Sequence record: SRR16203515_3347
Strand: one strand, 5' to 3'
Length of the DNA: 38,320 bases
Notes under the pieces: model-generated
Databases searched by the model: none
Told to the model about the DNA's origin: nothing
Seen by the model: the letters and a program-made list of their open reading frames with translations, nothing else
Program-made: the position numbers and the translations under genes
Shown: positions 9,501 through 20,081 of the stretch, in pieces
How the letters are laid out: the number at the start of each line of letters is the position of its first letter
How positions within the stretch are numbered: the stretch's first letter is position 1

Positions 9501-10562
9501 AGCATTTAATAATGAAAAAATATCATTCAAGCCAGTAACATCTGCACTTGAAATATAACCCGCCAATGCATCTTGCTCTTTCTCAATTTGCACGATTGTA
9601 GGTTGCCAAGCTTCATCATTTTGCAAAATTGTTAAAGGAGAAGTTCGTAGATAAAATTCATTGCCTTGAGCTTTCTTAATAAATGAAAGCTGCCCATCAT
9701 TTACCGCGATTTTATGTGCCACGTCAGCCTGCAACCAACTAATATAGTTATCTCGTAGCTCTACTTGTAAAGATGTTGGACGTCCCTTATTGATGGCTAA
9801 CCAAGCATCAAAATTAAGGTTTGAATTAGTTTTATCGTTCCCTATTGCCAGTACCCTATCTAACCAAGGTGTGATGTTTAACTCATTGGCTTGCAGATAA
9901 ACCTTTCCTGCTAGGTTTTCTCGTTTGCCACCTTTTAAGTTAACCATTAATTTCAAGTGGTTAGAACTCACACCATCAACACGCACATCTCCGCTTGCTT
10001 TGTGGGTATTGCCTTTGTTTAGCCAATTGAGGTGGTTTACTTTAAAAATACGGTCGCCATCGTATTTCTTAACGATGACTTCACTATCATTGACTGAAAA
10101 TTGACCTAACTGCTTAAGAAAAAGATTAGAAATATTATCCAATAACGCTTCTTCATTTGCAGGCAATTTCCCCTTTGATTCTGCCGTTTGGTCAAAGGAT
10201 ACTCTCACGCCATCAAGGGTCAAATAATGCGAGATAAGTTTTCGGCTTGTAATGCTGTCCCAAAAATTAACACGGATATCCATTTTTTCAATGTCTATTG
10301 TGCTTGTTTGCGTTCTGAGCAAGTTTATATTGGTCGCGATTAATGTTGGTCCAAATTCTTGCCAACGCATTGAAATACTTTCAATCTGAACATTCGCATT
10401 GAAAGTCGTATTAATATAGTCTTCAAAAGCAGTTTTGTAGTGATGTGCATAAGGTAAAAAGAGTCGAAAAGCACTAATTGAAACAGCAAAAAGCACTAGC
10501 AATATAGCTAGTGATTTATACACTCTATTCAACCATCGATTTAATACTCTAGATACGCTCAT
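6546..10562 (-). CDS. yhdP: YhdP, AsmA-like intermembrane phospholipid transport protein (1338 aa)
   Basis: N-terminal anchor (SAFRLFLP), long beta-rich body, C-terminal SLQSLVRKLTLDFRDIFSDGMFYSSITG motif; lies between rng and tldD. Confidence 0.93.
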   Translation of the reverse strand: MSVSRVLNRWLNRVYKSLAILLVLFAVSISAFRLFLPYAHHYKTAFEDYINTTFNANVQIESISMRWQEFGPTLIATNINLLRTQTSTIDIEKMDIRVNFWDSITSRKLISHYLTLDGVRVSFDQTAESKGKLPANEEALLDNISNLFLKQLGQFSVNDSEVIVKKYDGDRIFKVNHLNWLNKGNTHKASGDVRVDGVSSNHLKLMVNLKGGKRENLAGKVYLQANELNITPWLDRVLAIGNDKTNSNLNFDAWLAINKGRPTSLQVELRDNYISWLQADVAHKIAVNDGQLSFIKKAQGNEFYLRTSPLTILQNDEAWQPTIVQIEKEQDALAGYISSADVTGLNDIFSLLNADEKMQNILDGLSAKGHIEDLYFKTDAKGTSATAFVALEKTNFVAGIPGLDNLSANLRLNNELLVVEVDAQDGHLDFDKHFIQPIPYSKIKTQIVADFSLPDFKLNVNDIVIESPELSLVGDVNVTIPESGDASMALLTTINNLDAKHANHYYPYLLMGKNLVGYLNDGIIDGFIPQANVLFNGPLSKFPFNENEGIFVVDAELTKSTYRFTKEWPAIEKFDANLNFTNNSMLITARAGELVGLNVKGVEAAIDELKGDKILTVDVNVRGEEPIKVTNLMNESPFVNTVGKTLEQIVINKPIDVDFHLHLPLDDKPNVIASGLVNFSENHIALSSPSMEFTKVSGLLNFENGSISAKNVDIFWRDMPISIDAASSKNDEYYTTTIDMSAKWSEAEWQKNIPADLVSYGEGNIAWQGALSLFEHDSGGFSYDLTLNSNLKESTVLFPAPYNKAAEEEVAFEIKVDGHNTASTFNATMGDKLSFYGVLNHKAIQFSQAHLVLGDEKMLLPMDGFHITTSLAKADINQWHPFISDILGSISQQHVINQQTPAANSQLFTIPERIRGTIGKLDMLGHSLSDVSFNLLDKNAWWLLQLNAKEARTEVTFYSDWQKQGVAINADFLHFPIPEKPEDTALLKEGSIAQASVVDANVSTITLAESEIDSIVENYDGNKIFYNVPPVKFHCDSCKVGMADFGEVDFSIVRDTEDTLVLKQFRAQRDKSELTFDMTWQQNESGSVTSLVGKSFISKIERESEKLGYESIIKDSGLEMSFDTQWQGGPQDFQLSNLNGEVSATISEGYLAEVSDKAKIFSVLSLQSLVRKLTLDFRDIFSDGMFYSSITGDFQLKDGVLYTDNTKMDGAAGNMLMAGNTVLDSGELDYKLSYKPNLTSSLPVLGWIATLQPTIFLAGIAIDQVITSSVVSEFSFELTGNIDEPNMKEVNRKTKDISVGRSQPPQIVDTKKEAQAPVQDNKTKDRKNKPMLSDDIDG

Positions 10563-10578
10563 AAACTTTATTTTTTAC

Positions 10579-12114
10579 TTACATCATGACGACGTCAAAT
10601 TGCTCTTGATTATACATTGGTTCAGTTTGGACTTTAATCTGTTTACCGATAAATACCTCTAACTCTGCTAGGTTATGGTATTCATCATTAATTAAAGACT
10701 CGCTAACCGCCGACGCGGCATAAACAATAAACTTGTCAGCGTCGTACGCTCTATTCACGCGGACAATTTCTCTCAAAATCTCAAAACAAATAGTTTCAAC
10801 CGTTTTTAAATGGCCACGACCAGTGCACACGGGGCATTCGTCACATAGAATATGCTCTAAACTTTCACGAGTACGCTTTCTGGTCATTTCGACCAAACCA
10901 AGGGCTGAAAACTGGCTAAGACTGTATTTAACGTTATCTTTTGCCATTGCTACATCCAAGCTATGCAGCACCCTTCTTTTATGATCTTCGCTATTCATAT
11001 CGATAAAATCGACAATAATTATTCCACCAAGGTTTCGTAACCTTAATTGGCGAGCTATTGCTTGCGTTGCTTCGATATTTGTATTGAAAATAGTTTCTTC
11101 GAGATTGCGACGTCCGACAAACGCACCAGTGTTGATATCAACGGTTGTCATGGCTTCTGTTTGGTCAATAATTAAATAACCGCCTGACTTCAAGTCAATA
11201 CGCCTATGCAGCGAACGCTGAATCTCTTTCTCAACATCAAACAAATCAAATATCGGTCGTTCACCGGGGTAATATTCAATTACTGGGGTTAATTCGGGAA
11301 CAAATTCATCAGTAAAACTAATCAATTGATCAAAGGTTAATTTAGAGTCTATTCTAATGCGCTCCAGCGAAATTCCGACAAAGTCTCTAATCACTCTAAA
11401 GGTAAGGGATAAGTCCTGATAAATCGGAGAATCGGTTTGCTTGCGCTCTTTGCGTTCTTGCACTTTATGCCATACGCGTCGCAAAAATTCCGCGTCATGC
11501 TCTAATTCTTTCTTGCCTGCGCCCTCTGCAGCAGTCCTTACGATATAGCCATGAGTATCATCACAAAATGGTGAAACGATACACTTAAGACGATTGCGCT
11601 CATCAGAATCTTCTATACGCTGAGAAATGCCCGCATGGCTAGCATCAGGCATTAATACCAAATAACGTGATGCAATAGTGATATCTGTCGTCAGCCTTGC
11701 GCCTTTAGTCCCTAGCGGCTCTTTGACAACCTGCACCATGATTTGCTGACCATCATGCACTAAACTTCTAATGTCGGGCACTGGTTCTGGTTTTGCGTGT
11801 TCTGTCTTTGAAGGTTCTGTTTTTTTCGTGCTATCTTTCGCACTGTCTTTAACGTCAGCGTTATTAGAGTCATGCCCTAAAATCAATTTTGAATTGATAT
11901 CTGAGGCATGCAAAAAAGCGGCTTTCTCTAGGCCAATGTCAACAAAAGCGGCCTGCATTCCAGGTAAAACGCGGATAACCTTGCCTAAATAGATATTTCC
12001 AACCAGTCCTCGACGAGCTTCTCGCTCGATGTGAACTTCCTGCAGCGAACCGTTTTCAATAAGTGCTACACGCGTTTCGCTGGGCGTTACATTAATTAAG
12101 AGTTCACCTGCCAT
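10579..12114 (-). CDS. rng: Ribonuclease G
   Basis: ELLINVTPSETRVALIE, VGNIYLGKVIRVLPGMQAAFVDIG, IDQTEAMTTVDINTG, ARQLRLRNLGGIIIVDFIDM; ends QEQFDVVMM. Confidence 0.97.
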   Translation of the reverse strand: MAGELLINVTPSETRVALIENGSLQEVHIEREARRGLVGNIYLGKVIRVLPGMQAAFVDIGLEKAAFLHASDINSKLILGHDSNNADVKDSAKDSTKKTEPSKTEHAKPEPVPDIRSLVHDGQQIMVQVVKEPLGTKGARLTTDITIASRYLVLMPDASHAGISQRIEDSDERNRLKCIVSPFCDDTHGYIVRTAAEGAGKKELEHDAEFLRRVWHKVQERKERKQTDSPIYQDLSLTFRVIRDFVGISLERIRIDSKLTFDQLISFTDEFVPELTPVIEYYPGERPIFDLFDVEKEIQRSLHRRIDLKSGGYLIIDQTEAMTTVDINTGAFVGRRNLEETIFNTNIEATQAIARQLRLRNLGGIIIVDFIDMNSEDHKRRVLHSLDVAMAKDNVKYSLSQFSALGLVEMTRKRTRESLEHILCDECPVCTGRGHLKTVETICFEILREIVRVNRAYDADKFIVYAASAVSESLINDEYHNLAELEVFIGKQIKVQTEPMYNQEQFDVVMM

Positions 12115-12731
12115 TATGATTCCTCATGCTTCGACGTGTTTTTTTGAATCGGTGTCAATAAACCACGTTGACCTAATAGTTTGGCTGTTTCAAATAGGGG
12201 CAAACCAACAACTGAAAAGTAACAACCGTAAACCTTTCTGACAAATTGCGCGCCAAGCCCTTGAATGCCATAGCCACCAGCTTTGTCTTCAGGTTCCCCT
12301 GACGCCCAATAATTTCTTATTTCATTTTCAGTGATCGCTTTAAAATGGACATCAGTCGAGACAACACAGGAATCCACCTCAAAGTTACCATTTTGATACG
12401 TAACCACCGCGATTCCCGTTAAAACTTGATGAGCTTTATCAGACAGACTCATCATCATTTGCTTAAAGTCTGCATAATCGGCTGGCTTACCTAAAATTTG
12501 ACCATCGACAATAACCGATGTATCAGAACCCAGCACATGTGCATTTTGATTAATCTCAGCAATGACTTTCGCTTTTTCAACGGCGAGTCGCTCAACATAT
12601 GCTGAAGGCGCTTCGTCACTTAACACAGACTCATCAATATCGGCACTTTGCGTTTCAAATTCGTACCCTAATTGAGCAAGCAACTGTTGCCGCCTAGGAG
12701 ATTTAGACGCCAAAATGAGTAAATGATTCAT
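12114..12731 (-). CDS. yhdE: Maf family nucleoside triphosphate pyrophosphatase (YhdE type)
   Basis: LILASKSPRR, GSDT, ILGKP, DKAGGYGIQG, VVGLPL; TAATG overlaps with mreD and rng. Confidence 0.93.
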   Translation of the reverse strand: MNHLLILASKSPRRQQLLAQLGYEFETQSADIDESVLSDEAPSAYVERLAVEKAKVIAEINQNAHVLGSDTSVIVDGQILGKPADYADFKQMMMSLSDKAHQVLTGIAVVTYQNGNFEVDSCVVSTDVHFKAITENEIRNYWASGEPEDKAGGYGIQGLGAQFVRKVYGCYFSVVGLPLFETAKLLGQRGLLTPIQKNTSKHEES

Positions 12732-13210
12732 TATTGAATTTTAAATTGCCGTCTTACTTTTCTAAGCAAAAGAAATGCCCATGGCCATAAGATGATTGTA
12801 GTGAACACTGGGTACAAATAGCTAGGTAAGAAAACAACGTCTAATAGTAGTCTTTGTAGCCAAAATACAACGAGGTGATAAAGAGCAGCTAAAACACCAA
12901 CAATGAGTGCCTGCTGCCATAAAGAAAAATTACGAATTTTTTGATAATTTACAGTCGCAATGAAAACACTTAACGCCATGGCGGCCGCATGAACACCTAA
13001 AATGGACCCTAGTAAAATATCTAATAATAGCCCCATTATCCATGCAGTAATAATATTGACTCTGCTTGGCAACGCAATGCACCAATAAAGTAGAACTGCT
13101 AATACCCAATCTGGCCTAAAAGCATCCACACCTAACGGCATAGGCATGATATTCGCAATCAGCGCTAGTAGTAAGGTCAAAATAATGATGATTCCGCTAT
13201 TCGCCAACAT
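12731..13210 (-). CDS. mreD: Rod shape-determining protein MreD
   Basis: FRPDWV..LYWCIALPSRVNI, GLLLDILLGSILGVHA, WQQAL, LRKVRRQF. Likely start ATG 13210 rather than TTG 13228. Confidence 0.95.
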   Translation of the reverse strand: MLANSGIIIILTLLLALIANIMPMPLGVDAFRPDWVLAVLLYWCIALPSRVNIITAWIMGLLLDILLGSILGVHAAAMALSVFIATVNYQKIRNFSLWQQALIVGVLAALYHLVVFWLQRLLLDVVFLPSYLYPVFTTIILWPWAFLLLRKVRRQFKIQ

Positions 13211-14093
13211 TACTTGAACCCTCAGCAAGTGTTTCTATCTCTTCATTCGCAGTGGGAGAAAATAGGTTATTTTCGTTCTCTGTCCACAGTAATAATAAAT
13301 AACGAACTCTGTCTATTTCTGCTACAGGCTCGCTGATCACTTTAGCAAAAGGCTTAGACTCGTTTTTTGCGACAAAATTCACGGTAGCAACCGGGTAACC
13401 TTCTGGATACTTTCCACCTAAGCCCGATGTGACCAGCAGGTCTCCTGTTTTTACATCAGTACTATGCGGCACATGATTCAACGTTAGTTGATCAACTCTA
13501 CCTGTACCTGCAGCAACCAAACGCACGCCGTTTCTTGCTATCCTAACAGGCACAGCATGTGTGACGTCAGTGATTAAAATCACTCGGCTGGTTGTTGTTC
13601 CAACATGGAGTATTTGCCCAACAATGCCTTTATCGTCAATTACCGGTTGGCCTTCATAGACACCATCATTTGCACCACGGTTGATAACAATTTTATGGCC
13701 GTAAGGGTCATTATTAACGGAAATAATTTCGGCAAACATCTTTTTGACATTTGGCCTTACCGGTGATGCTAACAATGAGCGTAAACGAGCATTTTCTTTT
13801 TGCAAAATATCCAATTCAATCAATTGTTGCTTAAGGCTCAAGGTATCGGTTTGATACTGTTGATTCTGTTCCATCAGCTGCCGACGAGTCACTAAGTTAT
13901 CTGCAGTCCAAGCGAGAAATTGCTTGGGCGCTGTTGCTAAGTATTGTAGTGGACTAACAATTGATTGAAGGTAACCTCTGACCGGCTCAAAACTGGCCAT
14001 TTTGTGATCGAAAAAAATCAGAAGCGCAGAACAAAACAGCACCAAAACTAGTCGGTGCTGTGGGGAGGGTCCATGTTTGAAAATTGGATTCAT
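13197..14093 (-). CDS. mreC: Rod shape-determining protein MreC
   Basis: MNPIF..GPS, ENARLRSLL, GIVGQI, SRVILITD, GDLLVTSGLGGKYPEGYPVA. Confidence 0.96.
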   Translation of the reverse strand: MNPIFKHGPSPQHRLVLVLFCSALLIFFDHKMASFEPVRGYLQSIVSPLQYLATAPKQFLAWTADNLVTRRQLMEQNQQYQTDTLSLKQQLIELDILQKENARLRSLLASPVRPNVKKMFAEIISVNNDPYGHKIVINRGANDGVYEGQPVIDDKGIVGQILHVGTTTSRVILITDVTHAVPVRIARNGVRLVAAGTGRVDQLTLNHVPHSTDVKTGDLLVTSGLGGKYPEGYPVATVNFVAKNESKPFAKVISEPVAEIDRVRYLLLLWTENENNLFSPTANEEIETLAEGSSNVGE

Positions 14094-14154
14094 CGTAGTT
14101 TTATTACCAGAGGCTTAATGGAAGGCAAATATTATAATTGCCAACCGTTGAGAC

Positions 14155-15237
<1,083 letters not shown>

Positions 15238-15413
15238 TCATGACTCCAACAGTGCTGCTAGCAAGCAGACAAAGGCCGTTAAGTCTTTTTAGTTGGCGCT
15301 AATCATAACGCAGTATGACGCTTTTGTGTCGATTCATTGATAAAAAATCAGCGAATATAGCGATAATTAATAAATAATTACATCTTAATTTAAGATTATC
15401 GCTTATCTTGATA

Positions 15414-18400
15414 TTAATTTTGGATTTCACGATAGTAGATAATTCGGTCATTGCCGCGATATAAACCAAACGTAGCAACTGCTGTCGGGTTTTGATCTGG
15501 TGCAATATCTGAATCGGTTTTGTCCCAATCATACAATAACCAAGATGATGGCGTATATTCCACATTGATTGTTCCTTGATTGCCAACACCTGGTGATAAC
15601 AAATTTATAGCGCGAGTTACTCCTTGATTCAGTGAACCAGAGACAGTGTTCGACGAAGGGTTAGGTGGCGATATCGAGCCAGCTGTGACACCTAAATTAG
15701 TCGAATTAAATACCGCACAATTATCACTGGTATTGGTAACAAAACTTCCGTTGAGTAAATATTCATTGCTCAAGACCTGAGGTAAATCTGAGGTCTCTGG
15801 CCCATAGGTATTTTCCAATGCTGCTCTACCAAATCGCACCTCTACACCAGATGAAAATGTTGGACTTGCGAGCTCAGTTGCTTCTACGCCGTCACTATCA
15901 ATAATTTGAGTAATCGGGATTTCGAAGTTAGCGATAAAAGGTGAAACTTCACTCGCTGCTGAGCGCGTGAAAGTAAAATGATGCTCATTAGAGAATGTAT
16001 AGGTTAAAACGCCCGCTCCATCTTCTACAATCGAACCACTTGCCGTTACGTCGGAAGTTATAGGCAGCTCATTTGCATGAAGTGAAACAGCGTCTCCTAA
16101 TGTAATTGCATTAGGTGCCGAAGGAAAACCCGTTAGTTTTGCAAAGTCACCAATATAATTTTGTGTGACAATATCATCGGCATTATAGGCGGTAATAATT
16201 ATTTCAGGCGCGACATTGTATTGCACACTTCCTTTAGTTATACCTGATTGGACAACAGTTTGACCGCTGTATACCCAGCTTTCCGCTAAACAAGTAATAC
16301 CATGATTGGCGCTGATGGCGCCATGTTCGACGACTGTTTGTTTAAAATGGTCAGGAATGAAACGTCCAAGTGGTATTTCAACGGCATCAATAACATTGCC
16401 AAAATAATCAGTGTCGCGAATGTCCAATGTCAATAAACCTACCTCTGAATAACTTGCCGTTGTCGAACTTATTTCGCCATCTGAAAAAGCATTTGTTAAG
16501 TTTTTAGGTACAAAACTAGCACTTTCGCTAGCGGAAATTGCACCAACGCCACTTTCAAGAACGAACGTCCCGTTTACACTATCAACGCCTGTTGGTCCGT
16601 CACGACGCACTAAAACTTCTGTTGAAGTCGTTGTTTGAGGCTGGTAATTAGGTGTTGGTGTATTGCTGACATCATTACATTGCGCTGCTACATCCAAGGA
16701 AAAATCAACGCTGGTCTTATGCGTAGTATCGCTATTAACATCGCTACCATTGACCGCTGAAGAGAGTAAGAATTTACCTGGATAAGATGTTTGTGAAATT
16801 GTGCCTGCGACTAATCCACTATTTGCATCTGCTGACACGCTCAAATTGAATTGGCCGGCATCGTTATACTGCAGAGGTAAATTGGCGGTTCCGTTACTAT
16901 CAAAGAATACCGTTCGAACTTCTGTTTGACCAGATATTGGCAGTGATGCGCTGTCTAAGGTAGGTGTTTCTGCGCCAGTTAGTGGGTCAATATAGTTAAA
17001 TCCAACGTTAATATTCTGATTTCCCGTAAACAGCGGGGCACAATTAACACCGTCGTCAGATAGCTGAACGGCCTTGATCGTTAATGTATTTTCAGTACAA
17101 GCTTCTACGTTTGAGCCTGCACCGTTTTCCAATACAAAGCCCGCTTGGCTGAAAACGACATCACAACTATTCGACCCGCCGTTTTTACATTCATAGGTTT
17201 CATTTTTTAATGCCAACGTTACTGTTTCAGGGGTGAGGTTTCTAAAATCAATGTTTGTGGCGCCTATCACTTCAACAGCCTGTTCAATAGTACCGTTACT
17301 TGGACTCGTTAACGTCAAAATCACATTGGATATATTGCTATCGACCACTGAACAATCTTCATTGACACACGCTTTAATGGTCACCGTTTCAGGTAAACAA
17401 GTTAGGCCATTGCCGTCATGTTCTATTTCGAAATGATCGATTAGATCAACGCAATCACTGTCATTCATATCATCCTGAATTTCTTGATAGTTCAATACCT
17501 TATCGTAGATTCTGACTTCGTCGAACTGACCATTTGCTGAATAAGGACTTGGCAGGGAATTATGACCAGCGGCAGTATAATTAGAAGAGTTATCCCCAAA
17601 AACTATTGGACCGAAACCCGAAATTTGATTGTTGGTTGATTGATATTGATCCGTTCTTAGTATGCCATCTACATATATTTGAAACTTATTGGTATCAAAG
17701 TTCCATGTTGCTGTTACGTAATACCAAACATTGGCTGAACGAACAGTTCCGCTCGGTTCATCGACGTTAAAATCTCTATCGACTGAGTCTTCGAAAGAAA
17801 ATCTTAAGCGCCCATCGTTTCTGATTTTAAGGTGAAAATATTTGTCACTTGCGGTATTTCCTAAGCTTGCATCAAATAAAGTGCGTTCGCCGCCGTTATA
17901 GCCACCCTGATTCCAATCTGTATCGCCGTTGAACCAAAAGCTAATGGTTCCTATCTTCCCAACGGATAACAAGCCTAGGTTCGACGAAAATGCATTATCG
18001 GTTACCGCTGTGCTATTGCTACCATTGGAATCGAAACCTCGACAGTATTTACCTGAAGCAGCCGATTGCCCGCCAAAGTTTATACCATGAACGTCATTCC
18101 CACTGGTGTCATCTATCTGACTTACCAGACTCGTTTGTTCAAATTGATAAAAAGCTCTTAGACCTCCGCAAATAGCTGAATCTCGAGTTGTACCATCATA
18201 ATTGCGTTGACCGTTTTGGTTATGGTACATCACATTAATATTGTTAGCTGACATCGCACTATCAAAGACCATGAATTCATCTAATGGTGCTCTAAAGCCT
18301 TGAGGACTTGCAGTATTTATGACATCTAGAGACGTACCTATATATTTCAATGTGCCAGACGGAGTTACAGTAATGGTTTCGATATAAATACCGTCCATGT

Positions 18401-20081
18401 ACATGAGCGTTTCACCATTTTGGTACACAAGTACTAAGTGATGCCAATTATCGTCTAGGCTTGCAAAAGAATATGTTCCATTTATAGATCCAGTATTTAC
18501 GTTGTATACGCCCCAACGCCAGCTATTTTCGCGGTCTAGGTATAGTAAATCCCCACCTGCTTCAAACGCCCCTAACACAAAGTATCGATTACCTGAGGTA
18601 CTTGTCGGTTTTTTGAACCAAGTGGAAACAGTAAAGTTATTAGACAATGGAATACTTGCTTGAAAATGATGGGAAGCGTCGGTTAATTCGGCCGCTCGTT
18701 CTATTTTACCTTCCAATATATTTGCGACACCATTAAAAGGTGTTGCAGGATATGAGCCTGTTTGATCGATAACTTCATTAGATGCGTCTGTATAACTACA
18801 TTCGTCAAACTGATAGTTGGTAATGGGAGAAATGAGTTCACAATCGTCACAGCGAAGCGTTAGTTGATTAACTTCTACTCCCACATCATTGTCGTAGGTT
18901 AGTATGCCGATATCATTTAATAAGGGTTGCTCCGAGGCGCTGTAAAGTGTCGCTACGTCGTCAACACATACAGCTGTGCCTTGTTCATTCACTATAACTT
19001 CTAAATTAAATGGGTCATCCGTATCAAAACCATCTTGGTAAGCGACAGTTGATGCTACCCCATTAGACATTTTGATTAATTCTAAACGGCGATAGACGCC
19101 TGGGAAGCTATTATTGTTTTGATAACTAGTGCCGTATTTCGTCCACCTAGCCGCATAATAATTTCGGTCATCCTCGTAGCCAAAAATAATACCCGTATCG
19201 TTATTGGTATTGATTTTATTCGCTTCAAAGTCGGCATCTATTGCATACTTGTCGACGGTAGTTTTATCTATTTTTGCGCTTGATAGATCGTATCTAACCG
19301 CACCATATTCGTTGTCTCCGCTAGAAGAGACACTGCCATTGATCTGCATCTGACCGCCAGATATAGCAAAAACAACATTTTGATTTTCACTTGGAGAATT
19401 GAAAATTGTATCGCCTGGCCAGTTACTCACCGTGCGATCAAAGTTTGTCGCTTGCCATGCTCCATCGATGGATGAGAAGTCATCAGAAAAAGCAATTGCT
19501 GGAAGATCTGCATCACATGAAATAGGGATCGAAGGTGCTTGGTCGCACATACCGTTGAAATCGGCTTCAACAATACTGTTGCTGTCGTAATTTGCGCTTC
19601 CTGAGCCCCCACCAACCGAGGCTATAGCGCCGTTAATAACTGCAGCTCCAGTAATGGTCAAGCTACCTTTAACGTAAATAATGGCATTAATCGCTGTACT
19701 ACCGCCAGCTATGGAGAGGCTGCCATCAACTACTATGATTAAATCTTCTGGGTTTCCTGTCGCATTGATGGAAACATTTTGCCAACTAACAGAGCCCCTA
19801 AAAAACAAACGGGCAGTTTTCTCAACACTGTCGTCAGTCGATACAGTTATCGAGCCTCGGTTTCCCAATAATGACCCCAAGTAGAGATTATCCCCTCGAG
19901 GTAGCAGCTGCCCATCATTAATATAGCTGCCAGAATTATTAGCTGGAAAGTTGCTGAGTTGCTGATCAGCAGTATTTGCATGATTATAGCCTGACGGAAA
20001 AACGTCTAAGCAGGCTGCGAAAGCTAGGGCATTAAAAGAACTAAGTAGCAGTAAAACTGAGAAGCAGATACGAAATATCAT
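15414..20081 (-). CDS. mshQ: MSHA biogenesis protein MshQ (DUF6701-type C-terminus, lectin-like domains; probable tip adhesin), 1555 aa
   Basis: Signal peptide; two LamG-like repeats (FTVSTWFK..WHHLVLVY..LDEFMVF and TISFWF..WYYVTATW..FDEVRIY); IDHFEIEHDGNGLTC..TVTIKAC; GRFIPDHF; ends ATFGLYRGNDRIIYYRE. Last msh gene before mreB. Confidence 0.92.
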   Translation of the reverse strand: MIFRICFSVLLLLSSFNALAFAACLDVFPSGYNHANTADQQLSNFPANNSGSYINDGQLLPRGDNLYLGSLLGNRGSITVSTDDSVEKTARLFFRGSVSWQNVSINATGNPEDLIIVVDGSLSIAGGSTAINAIIYVKGSLTITGAAVINGAIASVGGGSGSANYDSNSIVEADFNGMCDQAPSIPISCDADLPAIAFSDDFSSIDGAWQATNFDRTVSNWPGDTIFNSPSENQNVVFAISGGQMQINGSVSSSGDNEYGAVRYDLSSAKIDKTTVDKYAIDADFEANKINTNNDTGIIFGYEDDRNYYAARWTKYGTSYQNNNSFPGVYRRLELIKMSNGVASTVAYQDGFDTDDPFNLEVIVNEQGTAVCVDDVATLYSASEQPLLNDIGILTYDNDVGVEVNQLTLRCDDCELISPITNYQFDECSYTDASNEVIDQTGSYPATPFNGVANILEGKIERAAELTDASHHFQASIPLSNNFTVSTWFKKPTSTSGNRYFVLGAFEAGGDLLYLDRENSWRWGVYNVNTGSINGTYSFASLDDNWHHLVLVYQNGETLMYMDGIYIETITVTPSGTLKYIGTSLDVINTASPQGFRAPLDEFMVFDSAMSANNINVMYHNQNGQRNYDGTTRDSAICGGLRAFYQFEQTSLVSQIDDTSGNDVHGINFGGQSAASGKYCRGFDSNGSNSTAVTDNAFSSNLGLLSVGKIGTISFWFNGDTDWNQGGYNGGERTLFDASLGNTASDKYFHLKIRNDGRLRFSFEDSVDRDFNVDEPSGTVRSANVWYYVTATWNFDTNKFQIYVDGILRTDQYQSTNNQISGFGPIVFGDNSSNYTAAGHNSLPSPYSANGQFDEVRIYDKVLNYQEIQDDMNDSDCVDLIDHFEIEHDGNGLTCLPETVTIKACVNEDCSVVDSNISNVILTLTSPSNGTIEQAVEVIGATNIDFRNLTPETVTLALKNETYECKNGGSNSCDVVFSQAGFVLENGAGSNVEACTENTLTIKAVQLSDDGVNCAPLFTGNQNINVGFNYIDPLTGAETPTLDSASLPISGQTEVRTVFFDSNGTANLPLQYNDAGQFNLSVSADANSGLVAGTISQTSYPGKFLLSSAVNGSDVNSDTTHKTSVDFSLDVAAQCNDVSNTPTPNYQPQTTTSTEVLVRRDGPTGVDSVNGTFVLESGVGAISASESASFVPKNLTNAFSDGEISSTTASYSEVGLLTLDIRDTDYFGNVIDAVEIPLGRFIPDHFKQTVVEHGAISANHGITCLAESWVYSGQTVVQSGITKGSVQYNVAPEIIITAYNADDIVTQNYIGDFAKLTGFPSAPNAITLGDAVSLHANELPITSDVTASGSIVEDGAGVLTYTFSNEHHFTFTRSAASEVSPFIANFEIPITQIIDSDGVEATELASPTFSSGVEVRFGRAALENTYGPETSDLPQVLSNEYLLNGSFVTNTSDNCAVFNSTNLGVTAGSISPPNPSSNTVSGSLNQGVTRAINLLSPGVGNQGTINVEYTPSSWLLYDWDKTDSDIAPDQNPTAVATFGLYRGNDRIIYYREIQN

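Noticed and set aside
15362-15380. Fur box upstream of mreB (GATAAT hexamers)
   Set aside because: Only 9/19 match to GATAATGATAATCATTATC in very AT-rich DNA.
15299-15589. 96-aa minus-strand ORF spanning the mshQ end and the mreB upstream region
   Set aside because: Out of frame over the conserved MshQ C-terminus, with no motif or clear RBS.
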